A DNA stretch of 64,000 nucleotides, taken from the NCBI RefSeq assembly GCF_009914755.1, contig NC_060925.1. One strand, given 5' to 3'. The translations under genes and the position numbers were made by a program. Positions 44,301 to 57,814 of the stretch are shown piece by piece. How positions within the stretch are numbered: position 1 is the first letter of the stretch; every line of letters begins with the position of its first letter. The notes beneath the pieces were generated by a model. That model was not told the DNA's origin, did not search any database, and saw nothing but the letters and a program-made list of their open reading frames with translations. The DNA comes from the human T2T-CHM13v2.0 reference genome, Homo sapiens.

Positions 44301-47204
44301 CAGCCCACACACCACCACCCCAGTTTTGGGTGGGGAGAAGGCAAAGGTGAGTGTTCGATATCTTTGCAGGCTGAATGGCCAGTTGACTTGAGATGCATAT
44401 ACCATGCCTTCCCCCTTTTATCTTTAAGGATTCATGACATGGGCTGCTGTTGAGGGAACCACACATCTATCTTGATGGCAGAAATACGGTATTTGGAAAT
44501 CTTGGGAAAACCTCTCTCAGGATAACATTTTCAGTAGTAGGTTTTCCTCCCTGTTACCTCTGGTTCCTATTCCATTGCCCTTTATCAGTACAGGCTTTTG
44601 AAAATGCCATGGATTAAAGAGGTCCCACTGCCCAGGGCTGAGCATTTCTTTGCCCGGCCTGGTCTCTGCTAGTGGGTGGGTAAGTGGAGCCTTTGGAAGA
44701 AGGAATCGGTGTATGGACTGTTCAAGACAGACACATACTTATCTAATTTAGGCATTTCTAGCTGTAGGAAAGGCAATGATGTGATCTATTCCAATGAAGA
44801 GTTTACACTTTGGAAACTCAGTTTCAGAAAATTCTTCCATAATCCAACCTAAATCTTTTCTGCTTTACTATTTTGTCTTAAGCCAGAGATAGGCAACTGC
44901 TGTTTTCCCGTCTTAAAACTCTAGAAAACTGGAGTGTAGAGAATGGGCAAGATGAGAATGCCTCGTCTATGTATGTGGCTTAGTCAAAAGCTATTTCCTG
45001 AATCTCTCGTGTTTAGATTTTCTCATCAACGTTAATGACCACTTTCAGGGCCTCACTCCCTGCTCCCCATCATGCCTGCAGGTTCCCCCTCTCTTTCTTC
45101 TCACCATTTAACAGGTATAATAAAGGTGGGGAATCTTTACAGTTGGTGATTTTATATCATAGATCAAAGATCAAAGCAGAGGAATACACAGCAACCATAA
45201 AATTAACTGCTTTTTCAATTTTACAATGCTTTCAGTGATAGAGAATCTTATAAATTTAATATTAATTAAACACTTAGCTTTTAACCTCCTCCTGCATCTA
45301 CTTTTGGCTGGTGGCTGGAAAAAATTAATTGGGCATCTTAAATCTTGTATTACTAATGCCTTGACAGGAGGGGTTTCAGAAGCACTTAGAACTTCAGCAA
45401 AATGTACTTGGAGCATTTGTCCTTCCACTCACCTAATTGAAAATGCCCCCTTTTTTCCTTAAGGAAAAATGAACCATTTGCAAATTTTTTTTTAAAGGAA
45501 GCATAAGTTACAGTCCCCTTTCATAGCCAAAGCTTTAACTCAGTCCCTTGGCACTTTAACACTTCACAAAATGGAAGCCATTGAACTTCCATTATTATAA
45601 ATGCTCTATTGATTTTTGAGTGTGTTGGTACCGATGTGTGGCCGGCAATTGCTTGGCCTAATCATTGTGTCACCTGAAGCCTATGCATGTTCAATCCAGC
45701 AAGAGGTGCCTCCTGTTTTGGTGAGCTCACTTTGGCATGGTAGAGTCAGAGGTGGTGGCATTTGAGAATGGACCCGCAGCATCGTGAACAGGAAAGCTAG
45801 AATATCAGTGAAAGGAAATAATATTTCTCTTGAAGGAAGCCTCAAGAGATGGGAAGCCAATGTGATGGAGGAGATGTTTTGGGGAAGCTAGACTAGGCTG
45901 TTCACATTTTCTTAGCTCTGGAAGGAATAGACGATGGGCTTTTGTTGGGGGACAAGCATTTCTCTCTTTAAAAGCCAGGCAGGCATTCATGGCTGTGCTT
46001 CAGAAGTGGCTCAGTAGAAATAATAATACCAATACATTGCATCTCTTTTGTATTTTTTTTCTCCAGTGGGCTTGGAGAACTTTATCCAGATAATCTCATT
46101 TTTCTCACACATCACTGTGTTAGAGAAGAAGGCCCCTGAATTTACCCAAGCTGGTTCTCTGCTATGACCGTATATTTGAAACTAGCAACTGGAAATTATA
46201 GTGAATAGAGCAAGAACCCCAAGAATGGATCTTTCTGTACCTGTTTTAGATTCAGGTAACTGAGAAAAGTACGTTAATTGCTTTTTGGGGACATCTGTTC
46301 CTAGCACAGTGCTCAGTGAAATCCCTTGGGTTTATGAGTACCTGACTTGGAGAAGAATTATAAGAAACAAAATTTGGGGGAGAATTTAAAATGTCATTAT
46401 TTACTTTACAAAAATGTTTTAAAAATTTTACTCTGAAAGGCTTCACTGCAGGTTTGCTTTAAATTGCTAAGTTTTCTAGTCCTGTAGTCATCTAATGAGA
46501 CTATAAATCAGTTTACAACTGATACTTTAGAAGCATATTTTTTGAGTAAGGTAAGGGATATAGAACATGCAGCATGACAGTCCCCTATCTCCTGCTCTGG
46601 GTTGCAATGGTCTCTTTCTCCGAGTCCAAACAGTCACCTTGACAATCCTTGATGGCAGTAGGGAGCATTTAATCCAACTGTGAAATAATAAATTAGCTGT
46701 GGAGTCACCACCAGAACAGGGAATCCTGGCTTTATGCACCTGGCTAGTTTGCACTCCCTGTGAAACCATCACGGTTCCTTCTCATTGCAGCTGAGCTTTC
46801 TGAATCTTTTAAGAACTGAATTGATGGGATGTGGAATTTGATAGCCGATAAATTAAGGATATTGGTAAATGTAGCAACTCTATTAGAAGATAGCATTTCC
46901 AAGATCAGTAGCAACATTTGCTTGCGTTGTTTGTGAGTGTATCTGTGGAGGTCCTTTATATCTGTATCTCTCTCTTTCTCTCTCTATCTAGATATATATG
47001 ATATGTGGGGTGCTATAAAATTTTTAGTGCCTTAGTTTGGGTTGACCGCCTTATTACTCACGAGTGAGCTATACAGGTCTTCCTTAACAAGTGGCAATAA
47101 AGGCTTTACAGCACCCCTTACACCGTCACATATTTTTGTTTAGGCCACATATTGTCTTTTTCTTTTTAAGTCTCCCTTTGCTCATGTCCCTCTCAAGTAC
47201 CTTT

Positions 47205-47218
47205 GTTGCCATGGCAAC
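47205..47218. promoter_or_regulatory. Consensus RFX X-box palindrome GTTGCCATGGCAAC
   Basis: Exact match to the RFX homodimer consensus, within the 16-bp perfect palindrome tgttgccatggcaaca. Confidence 0.6.
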
Positions 47219-47709
47219 AGTTCCATCGTTTCTTAGGGTAGAGCAGGATGACATCTCACGCAAGATTCTTGAAGTCAGTGCTTGTTTGGACTGACCTCAA
47301 ACACTCAGCTGGGGCCAGTGCTGTGGCCCTTACCCTGGTCATCTGTGACACTGTTTTCTCTTTTTTGCTCGAGGCTCTGTTTATTAGACTGCCATGTCTG
47401 TCTCTACATTAATATTGGCCGTGTCTCCATGGACCTGTTCCAAGGAATGGAAAGAAGCTGATACTCATGATCTAAAATTGAAAAAAAAAATGTTAGTGTT
47501 AAGCATTTTGAGTTAAATATGGAGCTTTGTGAGTGGTTGGATGCATAGTAAATACTGTGGCAAGATGGAAAGAGTGAGGGCAGCTCATCCTCTGCATGTC
47601 AATGTTCTCTTTGGAATTCCCTCACGGGCTCAGTTTTGACAGGTTACCATGTGCGTTTTTCAGTCCTCTCTGTGTGTCTTTAAGACCCAGCAGACCTACC
47701 TTCTCCCTG

Positions 47710-47880
47710 ACTCATGGAATATTAGTCCTAAAAGGGAGTCACAGAACTGAGTCCAGTGCACTGATTACATTCTTAGGGAAACTGAGACCCAAAGGGGCAT
47801 GTGTCTTGCTAAGATCACTCATCCTTTATTGGTGCAGATGGGATGAAAACCCACATCTCCCAGTCTTCAGTTGGGCTTCA
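47710..47880 (-). mobile_element. MIR
   Basis: gggaaactgagacccaaaggggcatgtgtcttgctaagatcac. Confidence 0.65.
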
Positions 47881-48819
47881 CCTTTGCTACAATTTGTTAG
47901 TTTTTTAAAACAGAAATTATTTGAAAGATTTTACTGTCAAGCTAATTTCCTCTCAAGCCACTGCAACATTTCTGTAAAAAGTGGCTGTAGCCATAGTGGA
48001 GACCTCATCTGGCAAATGTGGACAGGTGGTGAGGCTGTACCTCCAAATTTCTTAATTCTTTTTCCAACAAGAAGGTTGGCTTGCCAATTCTTTGATCAAA
48101 GGTAGGAGTTTCTGTAATCTGTTCTCTTAACCACATTTGGGATGCTTGTATATATGACTACATATATTTATATATTTTTTATGGGCAATATTTTGACTGT
48201 TTCTCTTTTGAAAGACAGTGCGAATGAGTATGCCAAAAATCACAGATGATATGAGAAATGCTATCAATAAAAGCATTTTTTCAGAAAGGTGAATAAAGTA
48301 ACCCCAAGATAACGTAAAATTTTTCCTAATGTTATTTTGCAAAGTCATTAGAAAACCTAATGCTTGTGACCAATGGGGTGATGCTCGTGGGACAGTACGT
48401 GGCTGACGTTGTGGTTTTCACTGGGCAAAATAATTCAGATCTACGAGTCTTTTGGCATGGGCATAGACAGAAAGATTGCATAATTTGTTCTTGGATGACG
48501 TGAAAAAGAACCCTGAATATATTTTTCGTTTCTATGCTTCCAAAGTCTGAGTGGGATGTTTTACATGGATGGGTAAGATGAGATTTTAGGAGACAGATAA
48601 TGCTCTGTTTTAGATCTTCACTTGGTCTTTCCAACTTGTAGGGGTGGTGTGGTGATCACCTATTTGACTAGTGGTTATGCTGTTTTCATATTTAAGCTGC
48701 CTGTAGCAATTCGTGATTTGCTATCAGTACATCTGTCAATCTGTAATATTACACTCAATATCATTCTTCTTTTACCCAAATATTTGGTAAAAGAGAAAGC
48801 TAACATGCACTAGGTTCCT

Positions 48820-49010
48820 ACCAAGCAGATAAGATGAGATAATCTATGTAAAGTACATAGTATAACCCTGAAAGGGATTATTAGTCCCACTTGACAGATG
48901 TGGAAAATGAGCCCTAGAGAGATTAAATAAAATAGAACCTTCTATGACTAAGTGACTAAATTCAGGTCTCTGATTTCAAAGCCCATACTCTTTCCTCTGA
49001 GTTGCATTGC
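48820..49010. mobile_element. MIR fragments
   Basis: gatgagataatctatgtaaagtac... and ttattagtcccacttgacagatgtggaaaatgagccc...ttcaaagcccatactcttt. Confidence 0.55.
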
Positions 49011-51164
49011 CCCTACCAGGTACTTGGCAATTACTGTCTTGTGCAATCTTTGGATCTTTGCCTTGATAATGTGCTTAATCATTCCCTTCACAGTTCATAG
49101 TAAAGTAAGAATGACGAGCATTTAGCATCATCACACACAAGCCTAAGAGTCAGCAAGACTCACCTTACTATAAAGCTAGCTTCATCAGCTCCAGCAGCTT
49201 TCCAGGTAGCAAGATGTCACTGGCAGAGTGGATAATGAACTAGCACATGGGCTGCATCAGGAAGCCCTGGGGACCTCGCAGAAGTTGAGAGTGTGGAGTG
49301 GGAGAATGGGAGGAGTAATATATTAACCTTACTGATACACAAAGTTGCTCCTTCTTTTTCTTGCAGGTTAGTGCACATAATTGTTATCTCACTATTACTG
49401 TGTTGTTTTTGTTTTTGTTTGGCTTTGCAGTTTAAGATAGCTTTTAAAAGCCACCATCTGGTTTAGGTGCTAGATGAAAGTTCTGGTTAAAACCAAACGA
49501 ATAGTTTCATAACCTAGTGAGAGAGTTTTTTTTTTCTTTTTTTTTTTTCTACAGTATTCAAAGTGCTTTCTGAACAAACTTAAATTTGTTTGGATGTAAG
49601 CAACACAGAGAAGTCAGAAAACAAGGCTCTCAGATTCAAGTAATAAAAGCATGGGAGCTGGAGGAGAGGGACAAAAAAATTAAGTAAAAGAGGAAAATAA
49701 AAACTCTCACTCTGCATTGACCCTTTTACTGAGGTGTAAGGTACAAAGCATAAATAATCCACATGGAGAGTGACAAGTCCACTTACTTAATTCATTATTT
49801 ATTTTAGTTATTGGAGAAGCTCATTTCTGCTTAGCCTCCGGGCATATTTACAAGTGTGATAGAAAAAAGACAGTCCCTGCCATTGCTATTTACAATCTAC
49901 AATAGATAATATATAAACAAGACATATTATTTTAGTAGACAGATGCATCCAGATACACTTTAAACAAACAAGAGTACAGCAATTAATGTGCATATGAAAT
50001 CCGTAAGATAAATCAGCTATTGTAGCACGTGAAGGAAATTAATACAAATTAAGGAATTGGAACTGATTTGGGCCATATTCGACTGTTTTCATATTAAGAA
50101 ACATTATTTTAGAAGATCTGTTTGGCTGCAGCGGAGTCAGGAACTGGGCAAGCAGTGTTGTGACTTGCTTGTTCCACAGGCAGAGCCTGGGCAGCACTCA
50201 ATAACACCCCTCACCTTCATAGGCCATCAGCCGTAGAGAGGCAAATTAGAGCACTGGCATAAGCCACAAATCACAGGCTGTTGTTAGATTTAGTCTGACC
50301 CTTAGCATCATTTTATCGGAGTCCTCTTGAATTTAATGTGATTCCCTTCACACCACCCCCTCTCTGGACAAATACTAATATTGTTATTGTTATCGCCATG
50401 ATTACTTGTGGCTGACCTAATACCCTTCTGCCCTGAAACCACAGGACCTTGCCGCAGCCTAGGCATTAATAGCCCTCACAGCACCTCATTGACATGGCTG
50501 CACTGGAGTTGAAGTTACAAAGCAGGAAGTATCATTTAGTGCCCCTGCTACCCTCGCCCCTTTCATCTTTATTATGCAGTTTCTTCTTATGGTGCTGCCC
50601 ATTTTCCCAAGGAATTAAAGTCGCAGATATTTTGATTTCAGGGGAGGGTGAGGGGGAAGTTGGGCTCTGAGTGTAGAGAAGCAAGAGCTGGCACACCTGT
50701 CCTTAGGTTCACAGCACAGCCTTTCTCCTGCTGGACACAGGAGTAGGATGAAAAGCCAACATCAATAACCTTGAGTATATAGTTTCATAATCCATGAATA
50801 ATTTCAGGAATTACAGATGTACTCTTAGTGTAGAACATGCAGAATGCCCACCGTGGATTCAACACTGTGCAAACTATGTGTTTGGGGTTTTTTCTCAATT
50901 GGTGGCTTTATATCAACCTCCCCAGCACACTTATATCTAGGCTTTTATAATGATTAATACACTAGGAAGAATCAGTGGTACGGACACATTGGACATGTGG
51001 TATTTATGGTCTAGAGGATATTATTACCAGGAACTCATTGGTGCTCTCCACAAGTTTGATGTTGGTTGAGCAGTAAACACGGAGGCACAAAAGGATATAA
51101 TTAAGGTGACTCTGGAAGTCATCTAAAAAGTGGGAAATGGATTTTATGGTGCCTAGATCCTAGG

Positions 51165-51325
51165 GTTCATGTAGAGTTAAGACCTGGAAGAGACTTTGGA
51201 AATCCCCAGTCTTGTTTTATAGATAAGAAAACCTAGAGTGGATATCAGTTTGCTTAAGGTCATACAATTAGTCAATGGCATAGCTAAGACTCAAAACTAG
51301 TTTGCCTGTTAAGTCCACCATAACA
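51165..51325 (-). mobile_element. MIR
   Basis: ttttatagataagaaaacc...ttgcttaaggtcatacaattagtcaatggca. Confidence 0.65.
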
Positions 51326-51337
51326 TCCTCAATGTAG

Positions 51338-51814
<477 letters not shown>

Positions 51815-51894
51815 TAGAATTTGAATGGTGTACGTTATCATGAATACTGAATTACCTGAGCCTTTCCCTGCAGATTTCCTGTACTATACAAGGA

Positions 51895-52160
51895 AAAGTG
51901 TAATGTAGTGGTTAAGAGCATGGACTCTAGACTGTGATTGCCAGGATTTGAATCCCAGCTCCTTCAATTACATGCTAGTTGTTTTGGACACATTATTTAA
52001 CCTCTCTTTGCTTCAGTTTCCTAATCTATGTAATAGGAAGGATAATAGTAGTATCTACTTCATAGGTATCTGCCTCGGAGTTAATACACAGAAAGCAATT
52101 AAAACAGTGCCTGGTGCATGTTAAGCCTCACAGTATATTTGTTATTATTGTTATTATTAT
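51895..52160 (+). mobile_element. MIR near full length
   Basis: gtagtggttaagagcatggactctag...ttgaatcccagctcc...ttatttaacctctctttgcttcagtttcctaatct...aacagtgcctggtgcatg...ttattatt. Confidence 0.88.
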
Positions 52161-53529
52161 TTTCTTCACTCTCCAGCAGTGGCCTTGAGCTACCCAAAAG
52201 GTTATGTAATTTAATCTTCCATTCAATTGAGGAAGGAGCTCTGTTGTAACAGTCCCGGGTGGCGTTATCCAGCTCTGCTGTGGCACAGCCGTGGATGAAC
52301 AGTTTCTTCCTTGTGAGCCAGCTCCCCACCACCTGTAATGCTCAGTTTTTAGTGCCAGCTTTGTCTTCTGGACCTGCACAGTGTAAGGCTTTTCCTTCTT
52401 CTTGTTTGGAGGTAGCTCCAGCATTGCTCACTGAGTATTCCCTGTCCTGAAGCCTGTAATTGTGGGGTTTCTGTGAGGTTTGGCCAGAGGCTTCTTGAGG
52501 GATGTGGCCAGGTGAGTTTCGAAGGTCGAGATTAGTGCCGTTGACCTTCTGCAGTGCCCTGCCTGGCCCCACACCAGCTGACACTTATCTAGGACTAAAA
52601 GGATGGTTATAATAAAACACCGATACAGGTAAGAGCTATGGAAAACAAAACTTATCATTTTCCTGGTCCTTATCTCCTAAAGCATTTATTATTTCATGAA
52701 CACTTTGAAAAGAGAGTGCTTTTTGAGCTTGGGGTACCGTTGAAACTGAGTGGACCTGACTACTATGGCAGTGCTTAAAATCAGTTTCTTCTTTAGTCCT
52801 TCCCACAATGCTCTTTGGGTTTCGTTTCTGGAATATGAATTGCCAAAATTACTTGAACTGTCTGATGGAGGATTGTAAGCTCAAAAAGGAAGTGTCGGCT
52901 CCCCATTAATACACAAACACCATCTGATAGACACAAACTTTCTTTTTACCCAGCATAATTGGGCAAGGTCAGGACTCCCTCGGACATGGTTTGGGGTCTT
53001 TGTTGTAGGGAAATAAGTTCTTTGGGAGAAATGATTACTCTCAGTTATTTCCTAGCCTATCAGGACCTGGAAAGACCCCAAATTTTGAGGGTGGGGCCTT
53101 TTGGAGAGTGCCAGGTTTCACCAACTATGTGCACGTGGTTCTATGTAGACCTGTCCATTGATCTTGGAGCCTATTCTTAGCATCATAGGTGACAAGGGGC
53201 CATGTTGCCTGCCTGTAGAGATGGCAATTGTGGGCAGGAGTTAACTCTAAGGCTGCGAATATTCTGTACCTTCTTTCCTTATTCTTATAAGAGGCAAGTG
53301 ATACATCTTAGAGAAGGTAGAAGTGTGTGTGGGGGAAGGGGTTTATTGTGAGGGTGGGGGTGGGGAGAAAAGGAGGAACAACTGTAAAAAATGTTAATTT
53401 ATTAATCACTGAATATATAGCAGTTCATCTGAAATGCTGTTGCTATGCCAACACCCTGGGAGTTTATTTTCTTAATCCAAGAGAGGAGCTCTCAGTCCCC
53501 TGCTCCCCTGCTGTGTCATTTGAATTTGC

Positions 53530-53930
53530 TGCTGCCACCGCTGCCACCATGGTATCTGTTTTAAAAAGTGGGGGGCGAGGGGGGAGGGAGGGGAACCAGG
53601 CTAAACCACCAAAGCAGTCAAATGCAAAGCAGTAAGAGGCCTTTCTCAGTGCGACTTAGTAAAAATGACACAAATTAATATACTCTACTTAAACCAGACC
53701 AAGATTAATGGTTCTCTTTCAGTGCAGCTTAGCCCAACTGTCACTCGACAGGCGTTTGTCGGACAAAATCAACACTAATCAACATTTATTCGTCTCTTGC
53801 CCTTGGGTCTGAGGCGCGCGCGGGCTGCGCCATTCTCCCGCTCGTCTCGCCACGCTTTTCACCCTCCATCCAGCCTCGCCATATATCACCCTTCCTCCTG
53901 TGCCTCTCCTCGGACGGATCCACACACTCA
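53530..53930. promoter_or_regulatory. Small CpG-rich unique block, candidate enhancer/promoter
   Basis: gaggcgcgcgcgggctgcgccattctcccgctcgtctcgccacg; G-runs; TAAT motifs; X-box-like gttgctatgccaac just upstream at 53439. Confidence 0.5.
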
Positions 53931-56900
53931 GCTATCAGGGTACATTAGAGGCATGATAGATTTTCTGTTTTAATTTACGTCTATTATATTGCAACATAAC
54001 AGATTTTGATTCCGTAGAGACCGGTGTCTCCTATAGCCAGACTCCTTGGGAGGATTTCTGCATTAACTTATTAAGGTTCGTTAGGATGCAGCTTCAAATA
54101 GATTCCCTTCTCTCTGGCTTGTTCTCTCTCTGTGTGGCAAGCTCAGTAAAGATGTCTTGGTGTACCTTATTCACAAGCACAGCTCATTTTCTTTAGACTT
54201 GGCTTCCTGTGCTGGATCACATGAGGCTGGCTGGGTTCCTCCTTTACTTTCTGATTGGACTTTGATCAGCCAACAATGGGCGTTGCAAGCTCCCCAGTCC
54301 CTGCCTGGTCTGGGTAAATGGGCCTTGACAAATCTGGTGGCCTCCAGTCAGTGGGCACCCCCTCCCAGGCTTTAGTTCTAGCCCCCAGCATCTTTCTCTC
54401 TCTCTCTTTTTTTTTTCTCCTTTTGATCTCAGTTACAGTTAGATTTTATTTATATTGCAACTCAGGTCTACAGAGATGGAAGGGGGGAGGAACACAGTTT
54501 CTTGGGTTAACCAAGGAGAAGGATGTTGAAAGGATGACTGAAAGAGTGAGTCTGAACAAGGCTATTTTCATTTCTACATGACCATCTTGAAGGCATCTTA
54601 TTTCAGCTTGGAACAAGGTGCATGAGCCCAGCTTGTTTGTTGCATGTGGGAAGTGTATATTTTTAGTTGCCTTGTAGAGTGGCTTTCCACCTCATTTATG
54701 AAATTGGCTTTTTATTTTTATCCTTTTCTCTTTTTCCCTTTCACCAGAGTTGGAACGTGAAGCACAGTTTCTACTTGCTGACGTAGTATTTCCTCTTGAT
54801 TTTTAGTGGGGTTGGGGTGTTTTATGAGTACTAAGGTCACATTGAACTTTGGACACCTAGTCACCTTGTTGCTGGCTGCAGAGAAGAGCTTGAGAAGGAG
54901 ACAGAAATCTTCTCGTCTTCTCATCATGGCTTTGACAAATGCCCAGGGAGACTGCAACTTTCTTCTCAACTTGGCTGTAACACTGGAGCCCTTGGCCACT
55001 TAGAAGGCCTGAGTTTTTTTATATTTTCCACCAAGCTGCTGATTCTAAACTGTGGTGGGGTTTCTTTCATGGCCAGAATGGGGAGAAACCGTGGGCTGAG
55101 TTGGGGATGTGTGGTTTGTGTGTGTTTATGTGTGATCACTGAAGTGTAGGATATGGTAGGAGGATGGCTTAGGACTTCCATTTTGGTTTCTTATTACACA
55201 GCAATAAAGTAAATGGGGCTTAGTATAACTTTGCACTTATAGAAATGTAGCTCAATTTAAGAAACAAAACTCCGCCAACAGGAGTGCTCAGTATCTTCAG
55301 CTTGGGAAACTGACCTCGTTAATTTTAATGAGGGGAAAAATTCTCCAGCTGGGGCTGAGAAGAAAATGAAATACCAATGAGGTTATCACTTTGGATGATC
55401 TCACTGAATTCAGACTATACTTGGAACGATGCTTGGAGAATTTTCTAAAATCCTATGGAGAGATTTAGAAGAAAATGCATATGCCCTTGATAGTATTGAC
55501 AGACTGCTTTCCCTGATAGGCAGAGCCGAACTCTATATAGTGCCTCCTAAAGGGGTCATTTGAAAAGTTAACATATTAAAAAGTTGGACCAAAGTAAAAC
55601 TGAGAGAAAAAATGGATTAACGTGATTCTTATGTGGGTCTAGCGTGAAAGCAGCGGGGCTGGTCGGACGGTGGCTGAGGCCGTTGACTATAAGCCAGGGG
55701 CTCCTGAGTTCAAGTGCCTACTGGGATGCTAACTTCCTGTGGGATTTTGGGCATCTGTTTTTTATCGACCAAAGGCAGGAGGTAGGGTGAGGGAGTCCTG
55801 TTATTCAGTAGGCAGCTATTTGATTTGCTCAATAAGTTGATGACTTTGGCCCTGCTGCTGAGGAGTGACAGATTGTGACCAATGAGGTTAAGATGACTGT
55901 AGGACAAGTTTGCCCTCAGTGAGGAGAGGCCTGCCAAGTTCCACTGACGTTTGGTTGGGGACCACAGAAAGAAACATCACCATTCAAGGTATTTGGCCCT
56001 TATTTTGTCCTAGTTCACTAAATGGCAGATCCTGGGGAGGAGATTATTTCACCAGTGGATTCTTCAGAGGTATGGGGGCAGACAGAACAGGCTTTCTTCT
56101 CCAAAAGTTCAAGCTTGCTGACTCAAGCTTCTTACTCATCTCTCTGGCATGTCACTGCACTCAGGAGAAGATTTGTGCAACTATCAGGTGCAAACTCAAG
56201 TATCACCAAAGGGATACTTTCTGATTAAATAGAGCCATCGTGCTCTGGGGACCATCTCAATATCAGTGGAATATTGAGGGGGTCTATTAATGTTTATACG
56301 TTCCTTCGAAATTCAGCCTTTTTCTTTGAAAGCTGTAAGGCAGCAGTTAAGGGCACTCGTACTGCTGCTATGGCTGTGTGTGTATGTGATGGGAAAGGCT
56401 GGTTGCCAAGCAGCGGAGAATGGACATAATCATGCTGCCTAGCAACAGCGGCAGCGTGGTCACTTGCGCAGATTTCTGCGCCTCTTCCTGTTTGGTCTGC
56501 TGGAAAATACAGATGGCTTCTATGGGTCGCTCTCTGCCCTAGCCATAGTGAGAGGTAGGAAAACATTATGAACCAGGGTGGAAAAATACACAAGTGCATG
56601 TTTTAAAGTGATTCGTTTCCAAACTGCCTAGGGCTGAGCAGGGATTCTTACATAGCATTCCTCAGTTTCCCCTTTGAAGATATTGTGCACTGGCACGTTG
56701 ACTTGTAAGCAGGAAGAGGAATCTTTGAAAAGTGCTAGGCCCCTCTGGGTGCTGCCTCTACTGAGCCCGAGCCTTTACTCTGCATGTGTGAATATAAAGC
56801 CACCAGTTTTCTGATAAAGACACACACATACACTCACACACACTCACACCATGGGTGAAAACGACAAGTGGAGCAGAGCGTGACTACTGATTGTTCTTTG

Positions 56901-57234
56901 AGGCCGGAGGAACAAAGCAGTCAGGAGCGATAAAGGCAGGTGATCCCTGCTGGTTTGCCCTTTCTCCCAGCTCTGACCGTCACCGTCACACATGACATTC
57001 TTGAATGAGGTCACCTGCTCACTACAGATTCTAAAAGGGGCTTGCTTGGCAAAGACCTCCAGGGTCAGAGTGCCGGCCTTTACTGTTTTTGGCAGTTGTG
57101 TGCATGGAACATTGGAAGCGTTTGGAACGGAATGCTTAAGGAAGATATTATTTGGCAGCAAGAAAAAGGGAGTGTGCAGACTCCCCCTACCCCTCCTGGG
57201 ATGAGTAGGTACTGCCTGCCCGTTTTTTCTCTAC

Positions 57235-57460
57235 AGGAGTTGAATAGTAGCCAGAGTACAGGCTTGGCATCAGAAGGCCTTAGTTCAATCCTTATCTCTT
57301 CTACCTACCAGCAGTGTGGCTTTATGCAAGCTCTTGTTCATCTGAACCTTACCGCTCTTGTCTGTAAGGGATAGCAATATCGGTTTTACAGAGTGGGCTG
57401 AAAGGTTAAAAGAGGCGCTAGTTCTTTTTGGCATGCAGCAAGTATAAAGTAATTGTTGCT
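57235..57460 (+). mobile_element. MIR
   Basis: agagtacaggcttggcatcagaaggccttagttcaatcc...accagcagtgtggcttta. Confidence 0.65.
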
Positions 57461-57814
57461 GTTCACCTCCTCTCCATGATTAAAGAGTAGGAAGTTGGGA
57501 AAAGAAGGTGAGCACTGCAGCTACCTTGTTGATTCCAAACTTCAGTGTCTTGGTTTTTGTCTTCCTTCTTAGCCTCCTAAATGAAGAGCCTTTATTTCCT
57601 TCTGTTTAGATTAGAAAAGATGAGAGATCTCTCTCCTTTTGATGCTGGGTGCCTGGATGGTATTAATTGATTTTAGTGATTTCTTAATCCATACAGAATC
57701 AGTTAGGATGGTTTGCTCCCATCTTATGGATGATGAGACAGTAGTACAGAGCAGTGGGATGATTTGTTTGGAACCCTGGAGACCATTAATTCCAAGATCC
57801 AAATCCTATGGCCT

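Noticed and set aside
47596-48105. 169-aa ORF
   Set aside because: Partly overlaps a MIR; no recognisable product
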